Assembly (NCBI GenBank): GCA_963812015.1
Contig: CAWETI010000002.1
Location: 352,001 to 416,000, forward strand
DNA from: an uncultured delta proteobacterium
Lineage (GTDB): Bacteria > Desulfobacterota > Desulfobaccia > Desulfobaccales > 0-14-0-80-60-11
Direction of reading: 5' to 3'
DNA length: 64,000 bases
Both the position numbers and the translations under genes were made by a program. Of the stretch, positions 20,004 through 30,863 are shown piece by piece. Numbering within the stretch: the first letter of the stretch is position 1; every line of letters begins with the position of its first letter. Below the pieces are notes generated by a model that saw only the letters and a program-made list of their open reading frames with translations, was not told the origin of the DNA and made no database searches.

Positions 20004-21155
20004 ATGGCAACATCATCTTTAGAGGTCGGCGCACAGGTTCGGTTGGCAGCCGGAGATTTTCAGCATCTGCTGGACGTCCTGGCGGACCGGGGTTATCAGG
20101 TGATGGGCCCAACCCTGGAAGACGGCCATTTGATTTATGGGGAGATCGGCAAAGTTACGGATTTGCCCATCGGCTGGACCGCTTTCCAGGAGGGGGGGGC
20201 CTTTCGCCTGGGAAAACGGCCGGATCAGGCCTGGTTCGGCTTCGCCCCGGGACAGCAATCGTGGAAACAGTTCCTCTTTCCGCCGCACCATACCCTCTGG
20301 CAGGCCCAAGAGGAGGGCAGCGGTTGGCGCATCATCCCCCGGGCCGAGGCGGTCCCCAAATTCGCCTTTCTGGGGGTCCGATCCTGCGAACTCCATGCCA
20401 TGGCCGTCCAGGACCGGGTGTTTCTCCAGGGCCCCCATGTCGATCCCACCTATCGGGCCCGTCGGGAGCAGGCCTTCATCGTGGCCCTGAACTGCGCCCA
20501 CCAGGACCCAGGGACGTGTTTCTGCGTCTCCATGGGAACCGGGCCCCGGGCCACTACGGGGTTCGACCTGGCCCTGACCGAGGTACTCCAGGAAGACGAG
20601 CATTACTTCCTCATGGAGGTCGGCAGCCTGCGGGGGGCCGAGATCATCCAGGCGCTGCCCGGGAGAACCGCGACGCCGGAGGAGATTGACGCGGCGAGCC
20701 GGGTGGTGGCGGCCATCGCCGCCAATATGGGCCGGGTGCTGGATACCACCGGGATTAAAGAATTATTCTACGCCAATTATGAGCATCCCCGCTGGGATGA
20801 GGTGGCGGTCCGCTGCCTCAATTGCGGCAACTGCGCCATGGTCTGCCCCACCTGTTTCTGCCATACTCTGGAGGATTCCCTGGATTTGTCGGGGACGGTG
20901 GGGGAACGCCGGCGGCGTCTCGATCCCTGCTTCACCGTGGATTTCTCCTATCTGCATGGCGGCAGCATCCGCACCTCGCCGCGCTCCCGTTACCGCCAAT
21001 GGTTGACCCACAAGCTGGCCACCTGGATCGACCAGTTTGGTACCTCGGGGTGCGTGGGCTGCGGGCGCTGCATCACCTGGTGCCCCGTGGGCATCGATAT
21101 CACCGCAGAAGCTCAGGCCATCCGGGAGACGGCCCCAGGAGCCCTAAAGGAGTAG
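20004..21155 (+). CDS. Group 3b hydrogenase (sulfhydrogenase) beta subunit, 4Fe-4S dicluster
   Basis: [41 protein letters not shown]. Confidence 0.9.
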   Translation: MATSSLEVGAQVRLAAGDFQHLLDVLADRGYQVMGPTLEDGHLIYGEIGKVTDLPIGWTAFQEGGAFRLGKRPDQAWFGFAPGQQSWKQFLFPPHHTLWQAQEEGSGWRIIPRAEAVPKFAFLGVRSCELHAMAVQDRVFLQGPHVDPTYRARREQAFIVALNCAHQDPGTCFCVSMGTGPRATTGFDLALTEVLQEDEHYFLMEVGSLRGAEIIQALPGRTATPEEIDAASRVVAAIAANMGRVLDTTGIKELFYANYEHPRWDEVAVRCLNCGNCAMVCPTCFCHTLEDSLDLSGTVGERRRRLDPCFTVDFSYLHGGSIRTSPRSRYRQWLTHKLATWIDQFGTSGCVGCGRCITWCPVGIDITAEAQAIRETAPGALKE

Positions 21156-21159
21156 CACC

Positions 21160-21615
21160 ATGGAAACGATGGAACCCATTCTGGCGGCGCACCCCTTTTT
21201 TAAGGGCCTGGATTCCCGCTATCTCAAGCTCATCCTGGCATGCGCCTCCCGGGAGACCTTCACCCTGGGCCGATTTCTGTGCCGGGATAATGAAGAGGCC
21301 CGAAAGTTTTATGTGATCCATCACGGCCGGGTGGCGGTGGAAATCTACCGGGCCCGCCGGGGACCGGTCACCATCCAAACCCTCGGAGAGGGCGAAGTGT
21401 TAGGATGGCTGTGGTTTGATAAGCCTTATCATTGGCACCTGGATGCCCGGGCCCTGGACCTGACCCGGGTCATCAGCCTGGATGTTACCTGCCTCCTCGA
21501 CCGATGCAACCAGGACCATGATTTCGGTTATGAGCTCATGCGGCGCTACGCCCATCACCTGGCGGTGCAGTTCCGGGTGACCAATCTCCAGCATGCCGAT
21601 TTTTATGGCGATTGA
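21160..21615 (+). CDS. Stand-alone cyclic nucleotide-binding domain protein
   Basis: HPFFKGL, FYVIHHGRVAV, LGEGEVLGW, DARA; no HTH. Confidence 0.85.
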   Translation: METMEPILAAHPFFKGLDSRYLKLILACASRETFTLGRFLCRDNEEARKFYVIHHGRVAVEIYRARRGPVTIQTLGEGEVLGWLWFDKPYHWHLDARALDLTRVISLDVTCLLDRCNQDHDFGYELMRRYAHHLAVQFRVTNLQHADFYGD

Positions 21616-21737
21616 CGGCACTGCCATGATATCGAGGAGCTCATTGTTCTCTCATAACCGACCATAAACGGATGACCTGGGGCTAGAGGTAATTCCCCCT
21701 GCCCCCTTATCATCAGGATTTACTACCGGGAAGCCCT

Positions 21738-22577
21738 ATGACAGCAAACCTGCCGGATCCAATGATACCGACCCCGTTCGTGGTCCAAAAAGTGAAGCGG
21801 GAGACCTCCGACACTTATACCCTGGAGCTGACTCGCCCCGACGCGGCGGCCGACTTTACCTTCGCCCCGGGGCAGTTCAATATGCTCTATGCCTTCGGCG
21901 CCGGCGAAGTGCCCATCTCCATCAGCGGCGACCCGGCCCATCCCGAAACCCTGGTGCATACCGTGCGGGACGTGGGGAATGTCACCCGGGCCATCTGCCG
22001 CCTGAAGCGGGGGGAAGTGTTGGGAGTGCGGGGTCCCTTCGGGGTCCCCTGGCCGGTGGACCGGATCGCGGGCGAGGACGTTCTGGTTATTGCCGGCGGC
22101 CTCGGGTTGGCGCCCTTGCGGCCGGCCTTATATTACCTGCTCCAGCATCGGGGCGAATTCGGCAACGTCGAGGTGATTTACGGCGCCCGGACCCCCAAGG
22201 ACCTGCTCTATCCCCGGGAACTGGAGCGCTGGCGGGGCCGCTTCGACCTCCGGGTGCACGTCACGGTGGACGCAGGCGAAGCCGATTGGCGCAGTAATGT
22301 GGGCGTGGTGACCAAAATCATCGACCGGGCCCGGTTTGATCCCCCCAGTAGCGCGGCCCTGGTCTGCGGCCCCGGGGTGATGATGCGCTTCACCGTTCTG
22401 GAACTCCTGAACCACGGGCTTGAGCCCGAGCAAATCTACGTGTCCATGGAGCGCAACATGAAATGCGGCATCGGCTTGTGCGGCCACTGCCAGTGGGGGC
22501 CGGTCTTCGTCTGCAAAGACGGCCCGGTGTTCCGCTATGACCGCATCAAAGACTGGTTCGACCGGCGGGAGGTGTAA
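21738..22577 (+). CDS. Group 3b hydrogenase gamma subunit (FAD/NAD(P)-binding, 2Fe-2S)
   Basis: [54 protein letters not shown]. Confidence 0.92.
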   Translation: MTANLPDPMIPTPFVVQKVKRETSDTYTLELTRPDAAADFTFAPGQFNMLYAFGAGEVPISISGDPAHPETLVHTVRDVGNVTRAICRLKRGEVLGVRGPFGVPWPVDRIAGEDVLVIAGGLGLAPLRPALYYLLQHRGEFGNVEVIYGARTPKDLLYPRELERWRGRFDLRVHVTVDAGEADWRSNVGVVTKIIDRARFDPPSSAALVCGPGVMMRFTVLELLNHGLEPEQIYVSMERNMKCGIGLCGHCQWGPVFVCKDGPVFRYDRIKDWFDRREV

Positions 22578-22578
22578 C

Positions 22579-23358
22579 ATGGCCCCGAAGCGCAAGCCGA
22601 AGCTGTCCGTGTGGAAATTCGCCTCGTGCGACGGCTGTCAGCTCTCCCTCCTGGATTGTGAAGACGAACTGCTCACCATCGCCGGGGCGGTGGAGATCGC
22701 CTATTTTGTGGAGGCCTCCCGGGCCATGGTGAAAGGCCCTTATGATTTGACCCTGGTGGACGGCTCCATCACCACGGCCCATGACGCCGAGACGATCAAG
22801 CAGGTGCGCCGGGCCTCCAAGTATCTGGTGGCCCTGGGCACCTGCGCCAACTCCGGGGGCATCCAGGCCCTGCGCAATTTCAAGGACGTCAATGACTTCA
22901 TCGGCGCGGTATACTCCCATCCGGAGTATATCCAGACCTTGAAGGAATCCACCCCCATCTCGGCCCACGTCAAGGTGGATTATGGTCTGAACGGCTGCCC
23001 CATCAACAAGCACCAGCTCCTGTCGGTAATCAGCGCCTTCCTCCAGGGGCGACCCCCCATGGTCAGATCGCATAGTGTCTGCATTGACTGCAAAGTGCGG
23101 GGGAATGTTTGCGTGATGGTCACGGGCACTCCCTGCCTGGGACCGGTGACCCATGCCGGGTGCGGGGCGCTTTGCCCCACCTATCAGCGCGGCTGTTATG
23201 GCTGTTACGGCCCTAAAGAAACTCCCAACACCGCAGCCTTGAGCGCCTGGTTCAGCCAAAAAATGGGGATGAGCGAGGCCAATTTGGTGCGGGCCTTCCG
23301 GACCTTTTACGCCAACGCCCCCGCCTTTCGCCAGGAGAGCGAAGCCCATGACCACTAA
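22579..23358 (+). CDS. Group 3b hydrogenase small (delta) subunit
   Basis: [47 protein letters not shown]. Confidence 0.92.
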   Translation: MAPKRKPKLSVWKFASCDGCQLSLLDCEDELLTIAGAVEIAYFVEASRAMVKGPYDLTLVDGSITTAHDAETIKQVRRASKYLVALGTCANSGGIQALRNFKDVNDFIGAVYSHPEYIQTLKESTPISAHVKVDYGLNGCPINKHQLLSVISAFLQGRPPMVRSHSVCIDCKVRGNVCVMVTGTPCLGPVTHAGCGALCPTYQRGCYGCYGPKETPNTAALSAWFSQKMGMSEANLVRAFRTFYANAPAFRQESEAHDH

Positions 23359-24637
23359 AACCATCAACGTCAAATACCTGGCCCGGGTGGAAGGCGAAGG
23401 TGGCCTGAACATCCGGATCAAAGATGACGTCGTCACCGGGGTGCAGTTGAAGATCTTTGAGCCACCCCGCTTCTTCGAGGCTTTCCTGAAGGGGCGCAAC
23501 TTCACCGAAGCGCCGGACCTTACCTGCCGCATCTGCGGCATCTGCCCCGTGGCCTATCAGATGAGCGCGGTGCACGCCATGGAGAACGCTCTGGGGGTGA
23601 CGGTGGCCGGCCCCATCCGGGCCCTGCGCCGGCTGCTCTACTGCGGCGAGTGGATCGAATCCCACGGCCTCCACGTCTTCATGCTCCACGCCCCGGACTT
23701 TTTGGGCTACCAGGACGCCATCCAGATGGCCCAGGACCACCCGGACACGGTGAAAATGGGCTTGCGGCTGAAAAAAGTGGGCAATGACATCGTCTCCACC
23801 CTGGGCGGCCGGGAGATCCACCCCATCAACGTCCGGGTGGGGGGCTTCTATAAGGCCCCGGCCAAGCGGGACCTGGCCCCCCTGGCCGAAAGCCTCAAGT
23901 GGGCGAAGGACGCGGCCGTCAACGCGGTGCGTTGGGTGGGCGGCTTCACCTTTCCGGAGTTCGAGCGGGACTATGAGTTCGTGGCCCTCCGCCACGGGCA
24001 GGAATACCCCTTCAACGAAGGGCGGGTGGTGTCCAACAAGGGGCTGGACATTTCCGTACAGGACTACGAGCAGCACTTCGTGGAAGAGCAGGTGCGGCAC
24101 TCCCACGCCCTCCACTCCTCTTTGAAGGAACGGGGCCGCTATTTTACCGGTCCCCTGGCCCGCTACAACCTGAACTTTGATCTGCTTACCCCCCTGGCCC
24201 AGGCCGCAGCCCGGGAAGCCGGCTTGGGGCCCGTCTGCCGCAACCCCTTTCAGAGCATTATCGTCCGGGCCGTGGAATTGCTTTTTGCCGTGGAGGAGGC
24301 CCTGGCCATCATCGAGGCCTACGAGAAACCGGATCAGCCGGCGGCGCCGGTGGCGCCCCGGGCGGTGACGGCCTGCGCCGCCACCGAAGCCCCCCGGGGG
24401 TTGCTCTACCACCGCTACCGGATCGATGCCAACGGCGTCATCCTCGAGGCCAAGATCGTGCCCCCCACCTCCCAGAACCAGGGGACCATTGAGGACGATC
24501 TCCGTCAATTTGTGGGCCAGCGCCTGGATTTGCCTGACGAAAAACTCATCTGGCAGTGCGAACAGATGGTACGAAATTATGACCCATGCATCTCCTGCGC
24601 CACGCATTTCTTGAAGGTCAACCTGGAGCGTCGGTAA
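23348..24637 (+). CDS. Group 3b [NiFe] hydrogenase large (alpha) subunit
   Basis: RVEGEG, L1 [16 protein letters not shown]2 [10 protein letters not shown] plus cleavable C-terminal tail. Confidence 0.95.
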   Translation: MTTKTINVKYLARVEGEGGLNIRIKDDVVTGVQLKIFEPPRFFEAFLKGRNFTEAPDLTCRICGICPVAYQMSAVHAMENALGVTVAGPIRALRRLLYCGEWIESHGLHVFMLHAPDFLGYQDAIQMAQDHPDTVKMGLRLKKVGNDIVSTLGGREIHPINVRVGGFYKAPAKRDLAPLAESLKWAKDAAVNAVRWVGGFTFPEFERDYEFVALRHGQEYPFNEGRVVSNKGLDISVQDYEQHFVEEQVRHSHALHSSLKERGRYFTGPLARYNLNFDLLTPLAQAAAREAGLGPVCRNPFQSIIVRAVELLFAVEEALAIIEAYEKPDQPAAPVAPRAVTACAATEAPRGLLYHRYRIDANGVILEAKIVPPTSQNQGTIEDDLRQFVGQRLDLPDEKLIWQCEQMVRNYDPCISCATHFLKVNLERR

Positions 24638-24804
24638 CCGGCAACGGAAAAAATGCCGTGAGGCGGCCTGAGTGCTGGGACGATTCGTAACACGCTCACC
24701 ACGAACAACGAAAATGTAGCACCGCCGCCCTCGGCGAGGCTCGGGAAAGGCCGGGTGTGTTTGGAAATCACCGGCGCACCTTAGCCTTAGCTGATGCTGT
24801 TTCC

Positions 24805-25329
24805 ATGGATACTCTCCTCAGAACCCAGATAAAGGTCATCGGCGTGGGCAATGAGTGGCGGGGTGACGATGCCGCTGGCATCCTGGTGGCCCGCCGCCTC
24901 AAGGAAGACCGGCTGCCCCGGGTGCGGTTTTCCGAATGCCTGGGCACGGTGAGCGATATCCAAGACGCCTGGAAAGACGCCGCCGGGGCGATTGTGGTGG
25001 ACGCCGTCTACTCCGGCGGTCCCCCGGGGACCATTTATCGGTTTGACGCCCATGGCGCCGGGATGCCGGTGGAGTTATCCCGGTCCCCATCTTCCCACGG
25101 CTGGGGGGTGGCCGAGGCCCTGGCCCTGGGCAAAGTCTTCCAGGAACTCCCCCCGTTTCTCATCATTTACGGCATTGCCGGAAAAGATTTCTCGCCGGGC
25201 CGGGGTTTGTCCCCGGAAGTGGCCGCGGCCGTTCCGGAAACGGTCCGGCGGCTCAAGCAGGAAATTTTAGCCTGGCTTGGGGGGGCGCCCCCCATGGGGC
25301 ATCCCCTGAAAAACGGAGGACAGTCTTGA
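24805..25329 (+). CDS. Hydrogenase maturation protease
   Basis: VIGVGNEWRGDDAAG, VVDAV, SSHGWG. Confidence 0.9.
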   Translation: MDTLLRTQIKVIGVGNEWRGDDAAGILVARRLKEDRLPRVRFSECLGTVSDIQDAWKDAAGAIVVDAVYSGGPPGTIYRFDAHGAGMPVELSRSPSSHGWGVAEALALGKVFQELPPFLIIYGIAGKDFSPGRGLSPEVAAAVPETVRRLKQEILAWLGGAPPMGHPLKNGGQS

Positions 25330-26954
25330 TGAACCTGACCGAGAGTCTGGCCGCAATCTTTCCGGCCGAGTCGGATATCCCCGAGTTTTACCGCCTGGAC
25401 CGCCCGGTTGACCAGCGCCAGTATCTGGTGAACGGGGAGTTGCGCCAGTGGTCCGGCCCCGTCCAGGAAGTCAAATCGCCGGTCTATGTGCAAACCGCCG
25501 GGGGGCTGGCCCCCAAGCGGGTGGGGTGCTATCCGCTCCTGGGTGAGGTGGAGGCCTTGGAAGCCCTGGCCGCGGCCGGCCGGGCCTATGATCACGGGCG
25601 CGGCTTGTGGCCGTCCCTGTCGGTGCGGGACCGCATCAGCCACCTGGAAGATTTCATCTTCCGCATCATCGCCACCCGGGAGGAAGTCGTCAAGATCCTG
25701 ATGTGGGAGATCGGCAAGCCTTACGAGGAGTCGGCCAAAGAGTTCGACCGCACCGTGGCCTACATCAAGGCCACCCTCGACGCCCTGAAGGACCTGGACC
25801 GCACCTCTTCCCGCTTCGTCATGGAGCAGGGCATCTTCGGCCAGATCCGGCGGGCGCCCCTGGGAGTGGTCCTGTGCATGGGGCCCTTCAATTACCCTCT
25901 CAACGAAACCTATACCTCGGTCATTCCCGCCCTGATCATGGGCAATACCGTCATCTTTAAGCCCCCGAAGCTGGGGGTGCTGCTCCATTATCCGTTTCTG
26001 GCGGCCTTTAAGGAGGCCTTCCCCCCCGGGGTGATCAATACGGTGTACGGCCGGGGTGCCCAGGTGGCGGGGCCCCTCATGGCGTCGGGTAAGATCGACG
26101 TCCTGGCCTTTATCGGCACCAGCAAGGTAGCGGATATTTTGAAAAAACAGCATCCCAAGCCGCATCGCCTCCGGGCCGCCCTGGGGCTGGAAGCCAAGAA
26201 CCCGGCCATTATTATGCCGGACGCCGACCTTGACCTCACCGTGGCCGAGTGCCTCTTGGGGGCGTTGTCGTTCAATGGCCAGCGCTGCACCGCCTTGAAG
26301 CTGCTGTTTGTGCATCGGCAGATCCTGCCCCAATTCCTGGAAAGATTCACCCGGGCCCTGGGTGAGCTGAAATTCGGCATGCCCTGGGAGCCGGGGGCGA
26401 CGGTGACGCCGCTCCCCGAGTCCAGCCGCCCGGCCTATTTGACCGAACTGGTGGAGGACGCCAGGGCCAAAGGAGCCCAAGTGGTGAACGAATCGGGCGG
26501 CGCGGTAAACCACAGCTTTTTTTATCCGGCCATCCTCTCTCCCGTGGATGAGCGCATGAAGATTTATCATGAGGAACAGTTCGGCCCGGTGATCCCGGTG
26601 GCCCCGTTTGATGACCTGGAAGCGGTGGTCAACAGCATCATAGCTTCGGAATATGGCCAGCAGGTAAGCATTTTCTCCCAAAACCCCGACACCATCGCCC
26701 GCCTGGTGGACCAACTGGTGACCCAGGTGGGGCGGGTGAACCTCAACAGCCAGTGCCAGCGGGGGCCAGACACCTTCCCCTTTACGGGGCGCAAGGATTC
26801 CGCCGAAGGGACCCTGTCGGTCCATGACGCCCTGCGGGTGTTTTCCCTGAGGACCCTGGTGGCTGCCAAAGAAACCGCAACGAACAAAAACCTCGTCACC
26901 GATATCGTCCGGGAGCATAAATCGAGTTTTCTCTCCACGGATTTTATCCTGTAA
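25329..26954 (+). CDS. gapN: Aldehyde dehydrogenase family, NADP-dependent non-phosphorylating GAPDH-like
   Basis: PLGVVLCMGPFNYPLNE, AFIGTS, LGLEAKN, SFNGQRCTA, EEQFGP, QRGPDTFPFTGRKDSAEGTLS. Confidence 0.8.
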   Translation: MNLTESLAAIFPAESDIPEFYRLDRPVDQRQYLVNGELRQWSGPVQEVKSPVYVQTAGGLAPKRVGCYPLLGEVEALEALAAAGRAYDHGRGLWPSLSVRDRISHLEDFIFRIIATREEVVKILMWEIGKPYEESAKEFDRTVAYIKATLDALKDLDRTSSRFVMEQGIFGQIRRAPLGVVLCMGPFNYPLNETYTSVIPALIMGNTVIFKPPKLGVLLHYPFLAAFKEAFPPGVINTVYGRGAQVAGPLMASGKIDVLAFIGTSKVADILKKQHPKPHRLRAALGLEAKNPAIIMPDADLDLTVAECLLGALSFNGQRCTALKLLFVHRQILPQFLERFTRALGELKFGMPWEPGATVTPLPESSRPAYLTELVEDARAKGAQVVNESGGAVNHSFFYPAILSPVDERMKIYHEEQFGPVIPVAPFDDLEAVVNSIIASEYGQQVSIFSQNPDTIARLVDQLVTQVGRVNLNSQCQRGPDTFPFTGRKDSAEGTLSVHDALRVFSLRTLVAAKETATNKNLVTDIVREHKSSFLSTDFIL

Positions 26955-27235
26955 GTGGCCGGGGCATCCCCTTGGGCCATCCCCCCAATCCCTCTTTACC
27001 CCAGGGGGACGGGTCTGCTTTCCCTGCAACAGATGCGTGAGGCAAATCAAACCGGCCAGGCCTTTATAACTTCCCAGTAAGAATTATTGGTAAATAGTTA
27101 TTCTTAACCTCTTGAAAAATCTTCATCTGTTCTAAACTTATAAAGAATTGGCGGCAAACCCGGCGCCGGGCCTGGATTGACCTGATGGTCGTCAGCCCCA
27201 CGCCAGGGACAAGCGCTGTCGGAGGGCGACAGATA

Positions 27236-28081
27236 ATGATCGAACTGGCAAAACTTTTTACCCCGGTCAGTTCCATGGATGCCGATGAGGCCAAAGACTA
27301 CATGGCTCGGCGCCGGGAAGGGGAGTACACTTTACTGGACGTGCGCCAGCCCTGGGAATACGAAGACTCCCACCTCCCCGGGGCTAAACTCATGCCCCTG
27401 CCCCAGCTGGCTGACACCTATCAAGCCCTGGACCCGGACAAGCCCACCCTGGTGCACTGCGCCGTGGGCGGCCGCAGCCGGGTGGCGGCCCAGATGCTGA
27501 GCGGCTGGGGGTTCAAGGAGGTCTATAACCTGGCCGGCGGCATCAAGGCCTTTCACGGGCCCAAGGCCACCGGCCCCCGAGAGCTCAACCTGGACCTGGT
27601 CCGGGGCGATGCAACCCCGGAGCAGATCCTCGCCCTGGCCTATGGCATGGAGAAGGCCCTGCAGCTTTTTTATGAAACCCTCAAGGAGCAATCCCGGGAT
27701 CAGGCAGTCAAGGACCTGTTCGAGAAACTGGCCCGGGTGGAAGTGGGCCATGAACAGCGGCTCTTTAAGGTGTACGGCCAGTTGACTGGCAGCCAGGACC
27801 TGAAGGCCTTTGAAGCCGGCGTCGTGCCCACTACCCTGGAAGGCGGCTTTAACGCCCAAGAGTTCCTGGAAACCAATCAATCCCACTTGCAAACGACCCC
27901 CGAGGTCCTCGACTTGGCCATGATGCTGGAAACCCAGGCCCTGGACCTCTACCTCCGGTTTGCGGACCGTAGCGAACAGGCCCAAACCAAAGAGATCCTG
28001 TTCACCCTGGCCGGGGAGGAGAAGGCGCACCTGGCCAGCCTGGGGAGCCTGCTGGAAGAGAAGCTGGGGAAGCGAGACTGA
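27236..28081 (+). CDS. Rhodanese domain + ferritin-like (rubrerythrin-type) fusion
   Basis: LDVRQPWEY, HLPGA, HCAVGGRS, NLAGG; then two E..Y/ExxH helical repeats. Confidence 0.85.
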   Translation: MIELAKLFTPVSSMDADEAKDYMARRREGEYTLLDVRQPWEYEDSHLPGAKLMPLPQLADTYQALDPDKPTLVHCAVGGRSRVAAQMLSGWGFKEVYNLAGGIKAFHGPKATGPRELNLDLVRGDATPEQILALAYGMEKALQLFYETLKEQSRDQAVKDLFEKLARVEVGHEQRLFKVYGQLTGSQDLKAFEAGVVPTTLEGGFNAQEFLETNQSHLQTTPEVLDLAMMLETQALDLYLRFADRSEQAQTKEILFTLAGEEKAHLASLGSLLEEKLGKRD

Positions 28082-28086
28082 ACCCT

Positions 28087-28899
28087 ATGGCGATTACCGT
28101 TATGGAAGTGTTGAAAAATCTGCCCCGGACCAACTGCGGGGACTGCGGACAGGCGACCTGCCTGGCCTTTGCCACCCAGGTGATCAAGGAAGGGGAGGAC
28201 CTGGGAAAATGTCCCCACCTCACCGGGGCGGGGGCCGACCTGGGGGAGGCGGTCCGGGCCCAGCAGCAGACGGGCGTTGGCCGGCGCCGGGAGTCCCTGG
28301 CCATCTCCCTGGAGGTCCTCCAGGAAAAGGTGGCTCCCCTGGATTTTGCGGCCCTGGCCGAGGGGCTGGGCGCCACTTACGGCGAGGAGGCCCGCCGGCC
28401 GTATCTCAACCTGGCCTATTTCGGCCACTGCCTCCAGGTCTTTAAGGATGAGTTGCGCTATCCACCGGGAGCCCCGGCGGACCCCTGGGACGCCATCCTC
28501 CTGTATAATTACATCGCCTCCCAGGGGCACGAGCTCCCCACGGGCCGGTGGATCGCCTATAATAGCCTGCCCAACTCGGTGTCTAAGGCCAAGACCCTGG
28601 CTCGCCTGGAACAGAAGCTGGCGGACCATTTCGCTGGCCAAGCGGCGGAACTCAAGGAGCGGGCCGCGCAGCTCGGGGGTGAAATGGCGGCCGTGGGCGG
28701 CGAGGACGCCGATGTGCAGGCGGCCTTTCTGCCCCTGCCCCGGGTGCCGCTGCTCCTGTCGTTTTGGGACGCCGAAGCCGAGGAAGGCTTCGCCCCCCAG
28801 GCGCGCTTCCTCTTCGACGCCGGCGTCACCCACTACCTGGACCTGGAAGCCATGCTCTTCCTGGTGGAACACCTGATGGAACGGCTGATGTCGAGTTAG
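28087..28899 (+). CDS. Fe-S cluster domain + DUF3786-like protein
   Basis: LPRTNCGDCGQATCLAFA...CP; C-terminal PLPRVP..FWDAE..EGF..LFD..YLDLE. Confidence 0.8.
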   Translation: MAITVMEVLKNLPRTNCGDCGQATCLAFATQVIKEGEDLGKCPHLTGAGADLGEAVRAQQQTGVGRRRESLAISLEVLQEKVAPLDFAALAEGLGATYGEEARRPYLNLAYFGHCLQVFKDELRYPPGAPADPWDAILLYNYIASQGHELPTGRWIAYNSLPNSVSKAKTLARLEQKLADHFAGQAAELKERAAQLGGEMAAVGGEDADVQAAFLPLPRVPLLLSFWDAEAEEGFAPQARFLFDAGVTHYLDLEAMLFLVEHLMERLMSS

Positions 28900-28910
28900 A
28901 ACTATAAGGA

Positions 28911-29055
28911 TTTTGGGGGAAGGGGGCTAAGGGCTTTTTCGTAAGTGCCCCTACCCCTCCCCCCAAACCCCCCGCCCCCAATCCCCTACAGGGGGTTGGG
29001 AGGGGAGTTTGAGGGGAGGGCGGGGGACTTATTGTCCCCCGGCCTTACCCTCAAC
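28911..29055. repeat. Family E multi-hairpin repeat between convergent genes
   Basis: Homologous to 6918-7062 (inverted) and 46345-46454. Confidence 0.7.
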
Positions 29056-29059
29056 TTTT

Positions 29060-30553
29060 TCACACCCGCTCCGGGCCGGCGGTGATAGGTTTGCCGGTGG
29101 CGGCGGCAATGGATCGGAGCATGCCCTGGTAGACCATTTTGTGGAAAGGGTCCAGGCTATACCAGTAGAGGATGCCCAGGAGGCCCCGGGGGAGGAAGCG
29201 GGCAATCTGGGTGAGTTCGGTGCTGCCATCGGGCCGGGGGGTGAGGCGAAATTCCAGGGTGGCCTCCCCTGGCATCTTCATTTCCGCCACCAGCAGCAGG
29301 CGTTGATTCGGCTCGATTTCCAGGACGCGAAAAAAATCCAGGGCATCGCCGGTTCGGAGTTCGACAGGGTGACGCCGGCCACGCCGGAGCCCCGAACCCC
29401 CCAGGAGCCGGTCGGTCCAGCCCCGGATAGCCCACAGGGAGTCACCGTAGTACCAGCCCGTCCGGCCGCCGATCCGGGTGAGGGGCTGCCAGACCTCTGC
29501 CGGGGTGGCCTTGAGAAGAATCCGGTAGCCCAGGCTTAAGACGGTGCCGCCGGTGTAATCGGCGTCGCCGCAGGCGGCCCATTCCGGGGGTCTGAGCTCA
29601 CCGGCGTCGCTCCAGCAGGTTTCCACCCGCTGCTGTTCCACCCTTTGCAGGGCCAGCCGGATGGTCTGGCGACAGTCCAGCAACTCCTGGGGGATGAGGT
29701 CCCGGATACGGTTATCCAGGCAGACTACGGGGTTGGCCAGGCCTTCCGCCAGGGGCCGGGCCAGGGAGGCGGGGACCGGGGTCACCAGGTGGATCCAGTA
29801 GGAACTCAGCCGGGGAGTGAGCACCGGCGCCGGGATGACCAAACGCCGGGGGAGGTGCGCCTCTTCGGCATAGATATCCATCAGTTGCCGGTAGGTCACC
29901 ACTTCCGGGCCGCCGATGTCGAAGGTTTGCCCCCGGGTGTCGTCGCGGTCCAAGCAGCCCATCAGGTAGGTGAGGACGTTGCGGATGGCGATGGGTTGAA
30001 CCGGGGTGTGGACCCAGCGGGGGGTGATCATCACCGGCAGGCGATCCACCAGGTAACGCAGGATTTCGAAGGCGGCGCCGCCGGAGCCCAAAATCATGGC
30101 GGCCCGGAGGAACGTGGTGGGGACGGCCCCCGACTGGAGAATCCGGGCTACCTCAAAGCGGGAGCGCAGGTGCTCGCTCAGGTTGGGGTCGTCCTGCCCC
30201 CCTAACCCCCCCAGGTAAATGATGCGGTCCAGGCCGGCTGCAGCCGCGGCCTGGGCCATGTTCCGGGCGGCCTGGCGGTCGGCTGCGGCGAAATCCCGGG
30301 CGGCCGCGTTCATGGAGTGGACCAGGTAAAAGGCGGCCCAGCACCCCTGGGCCGCCCGGCCCAGGGATTCTGCGTCCATAACGTCGCCCGGGGCCAATTC
30401 GATGCGGGGATGGCTGCCCCAGGGACGGCTGCGCAACTTGCCCAGGGAACGCCCCAGGGCCCGGACCCGGTAGCCCGCGTCCAACAGGCGGGGCACCAGG
30501 CGTCCGCCCACATAGCCGGTGGCGCCGGTAACCAGAACCGGTTTTGGGTTCAT
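29060..30553 (-). CDS. Atypical SDR oxidoreductase with DUF2867 domain (YbjT-like)
   Basis: LVTGATGYVGG, YLVHSM, HLRSR, GGRTGWYY, LDFFRV, AEMKMPGEA, YWY. Confidence 0.88.
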   Translation of the reverse strand: MNPKPVLVTGATGYVGGRLVPRLLDAGYRVRALGRSLGKLRSRPWGSHPRIELAPGDVMDAESLGRAAQGCWAAFYLVHSMNAAARDFAAADRQAARNMAQAAAAAGLDRIIYLGGLGGQDDPNLSEHLRSRFEVARILQSGAVPTTFLRAAMILGSGGAAFEILRYLVDRLPVMITPRWVHTPVQPIAIRNVLTYLMGCLDRDDTRGQTFDIGGPEVVTYRQLMDIYAEEAHLPRRLVIPAPVLTPRLSSYWIHLVTPVPASLARPLAEGLANPVVCLDNRIRDLIPQELLDCRQTIRLALQRVEQQRVETCWSDAGELRPPEWAACGDADYTGGTVLSLGYRILLKATPAEVWQPLTRIGGRTGWYYGDSLWAIRGWTDRLLGGSGLRRGRRHPVELRTGDALDFFRVLEIEPNQRLLLVAEMKMPGEATLEFRLTPRPDGSTELTQIARFLPRGLLGILYWYSLDPFHKMVYQGMLRSIAAATGKPITAGPERV

Positions 30554-30863
30554 GAGATATAACCTCCGAGCCAATTTCACTGTAAGGGAAAATCTGGTAA
30601 GCCGCCATAAAAAAGCCGGGTTGCGAACCTCCCGGGCGGGCTGAGCCGTCGTCTGTCCCAATCCCGTCAGAAATGCCCAACTCCCTTTCCGGGCCAGGTT
30701 TACTTCCGGCTCAGCGCCACAAAAAACGGTGAGTGAAAAACCGCGCCTTAACTTTTTCCCCGGCCATTGGTCAAATTCAATGAAGACCGAACCACCCCTG
30801 GGTGGTCACAGATCAAGGACAATTCAGGGCTGGATTTCCTAACAAGGCCCGGAGGTTAGAGCA

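Noticed and set aside
23348..24637. [NiFeSe] hydrogenase or selenocysteine recoding
   Set aside because: L2 motif has Cys codons (DPCISC) and there is no in-frame TGA
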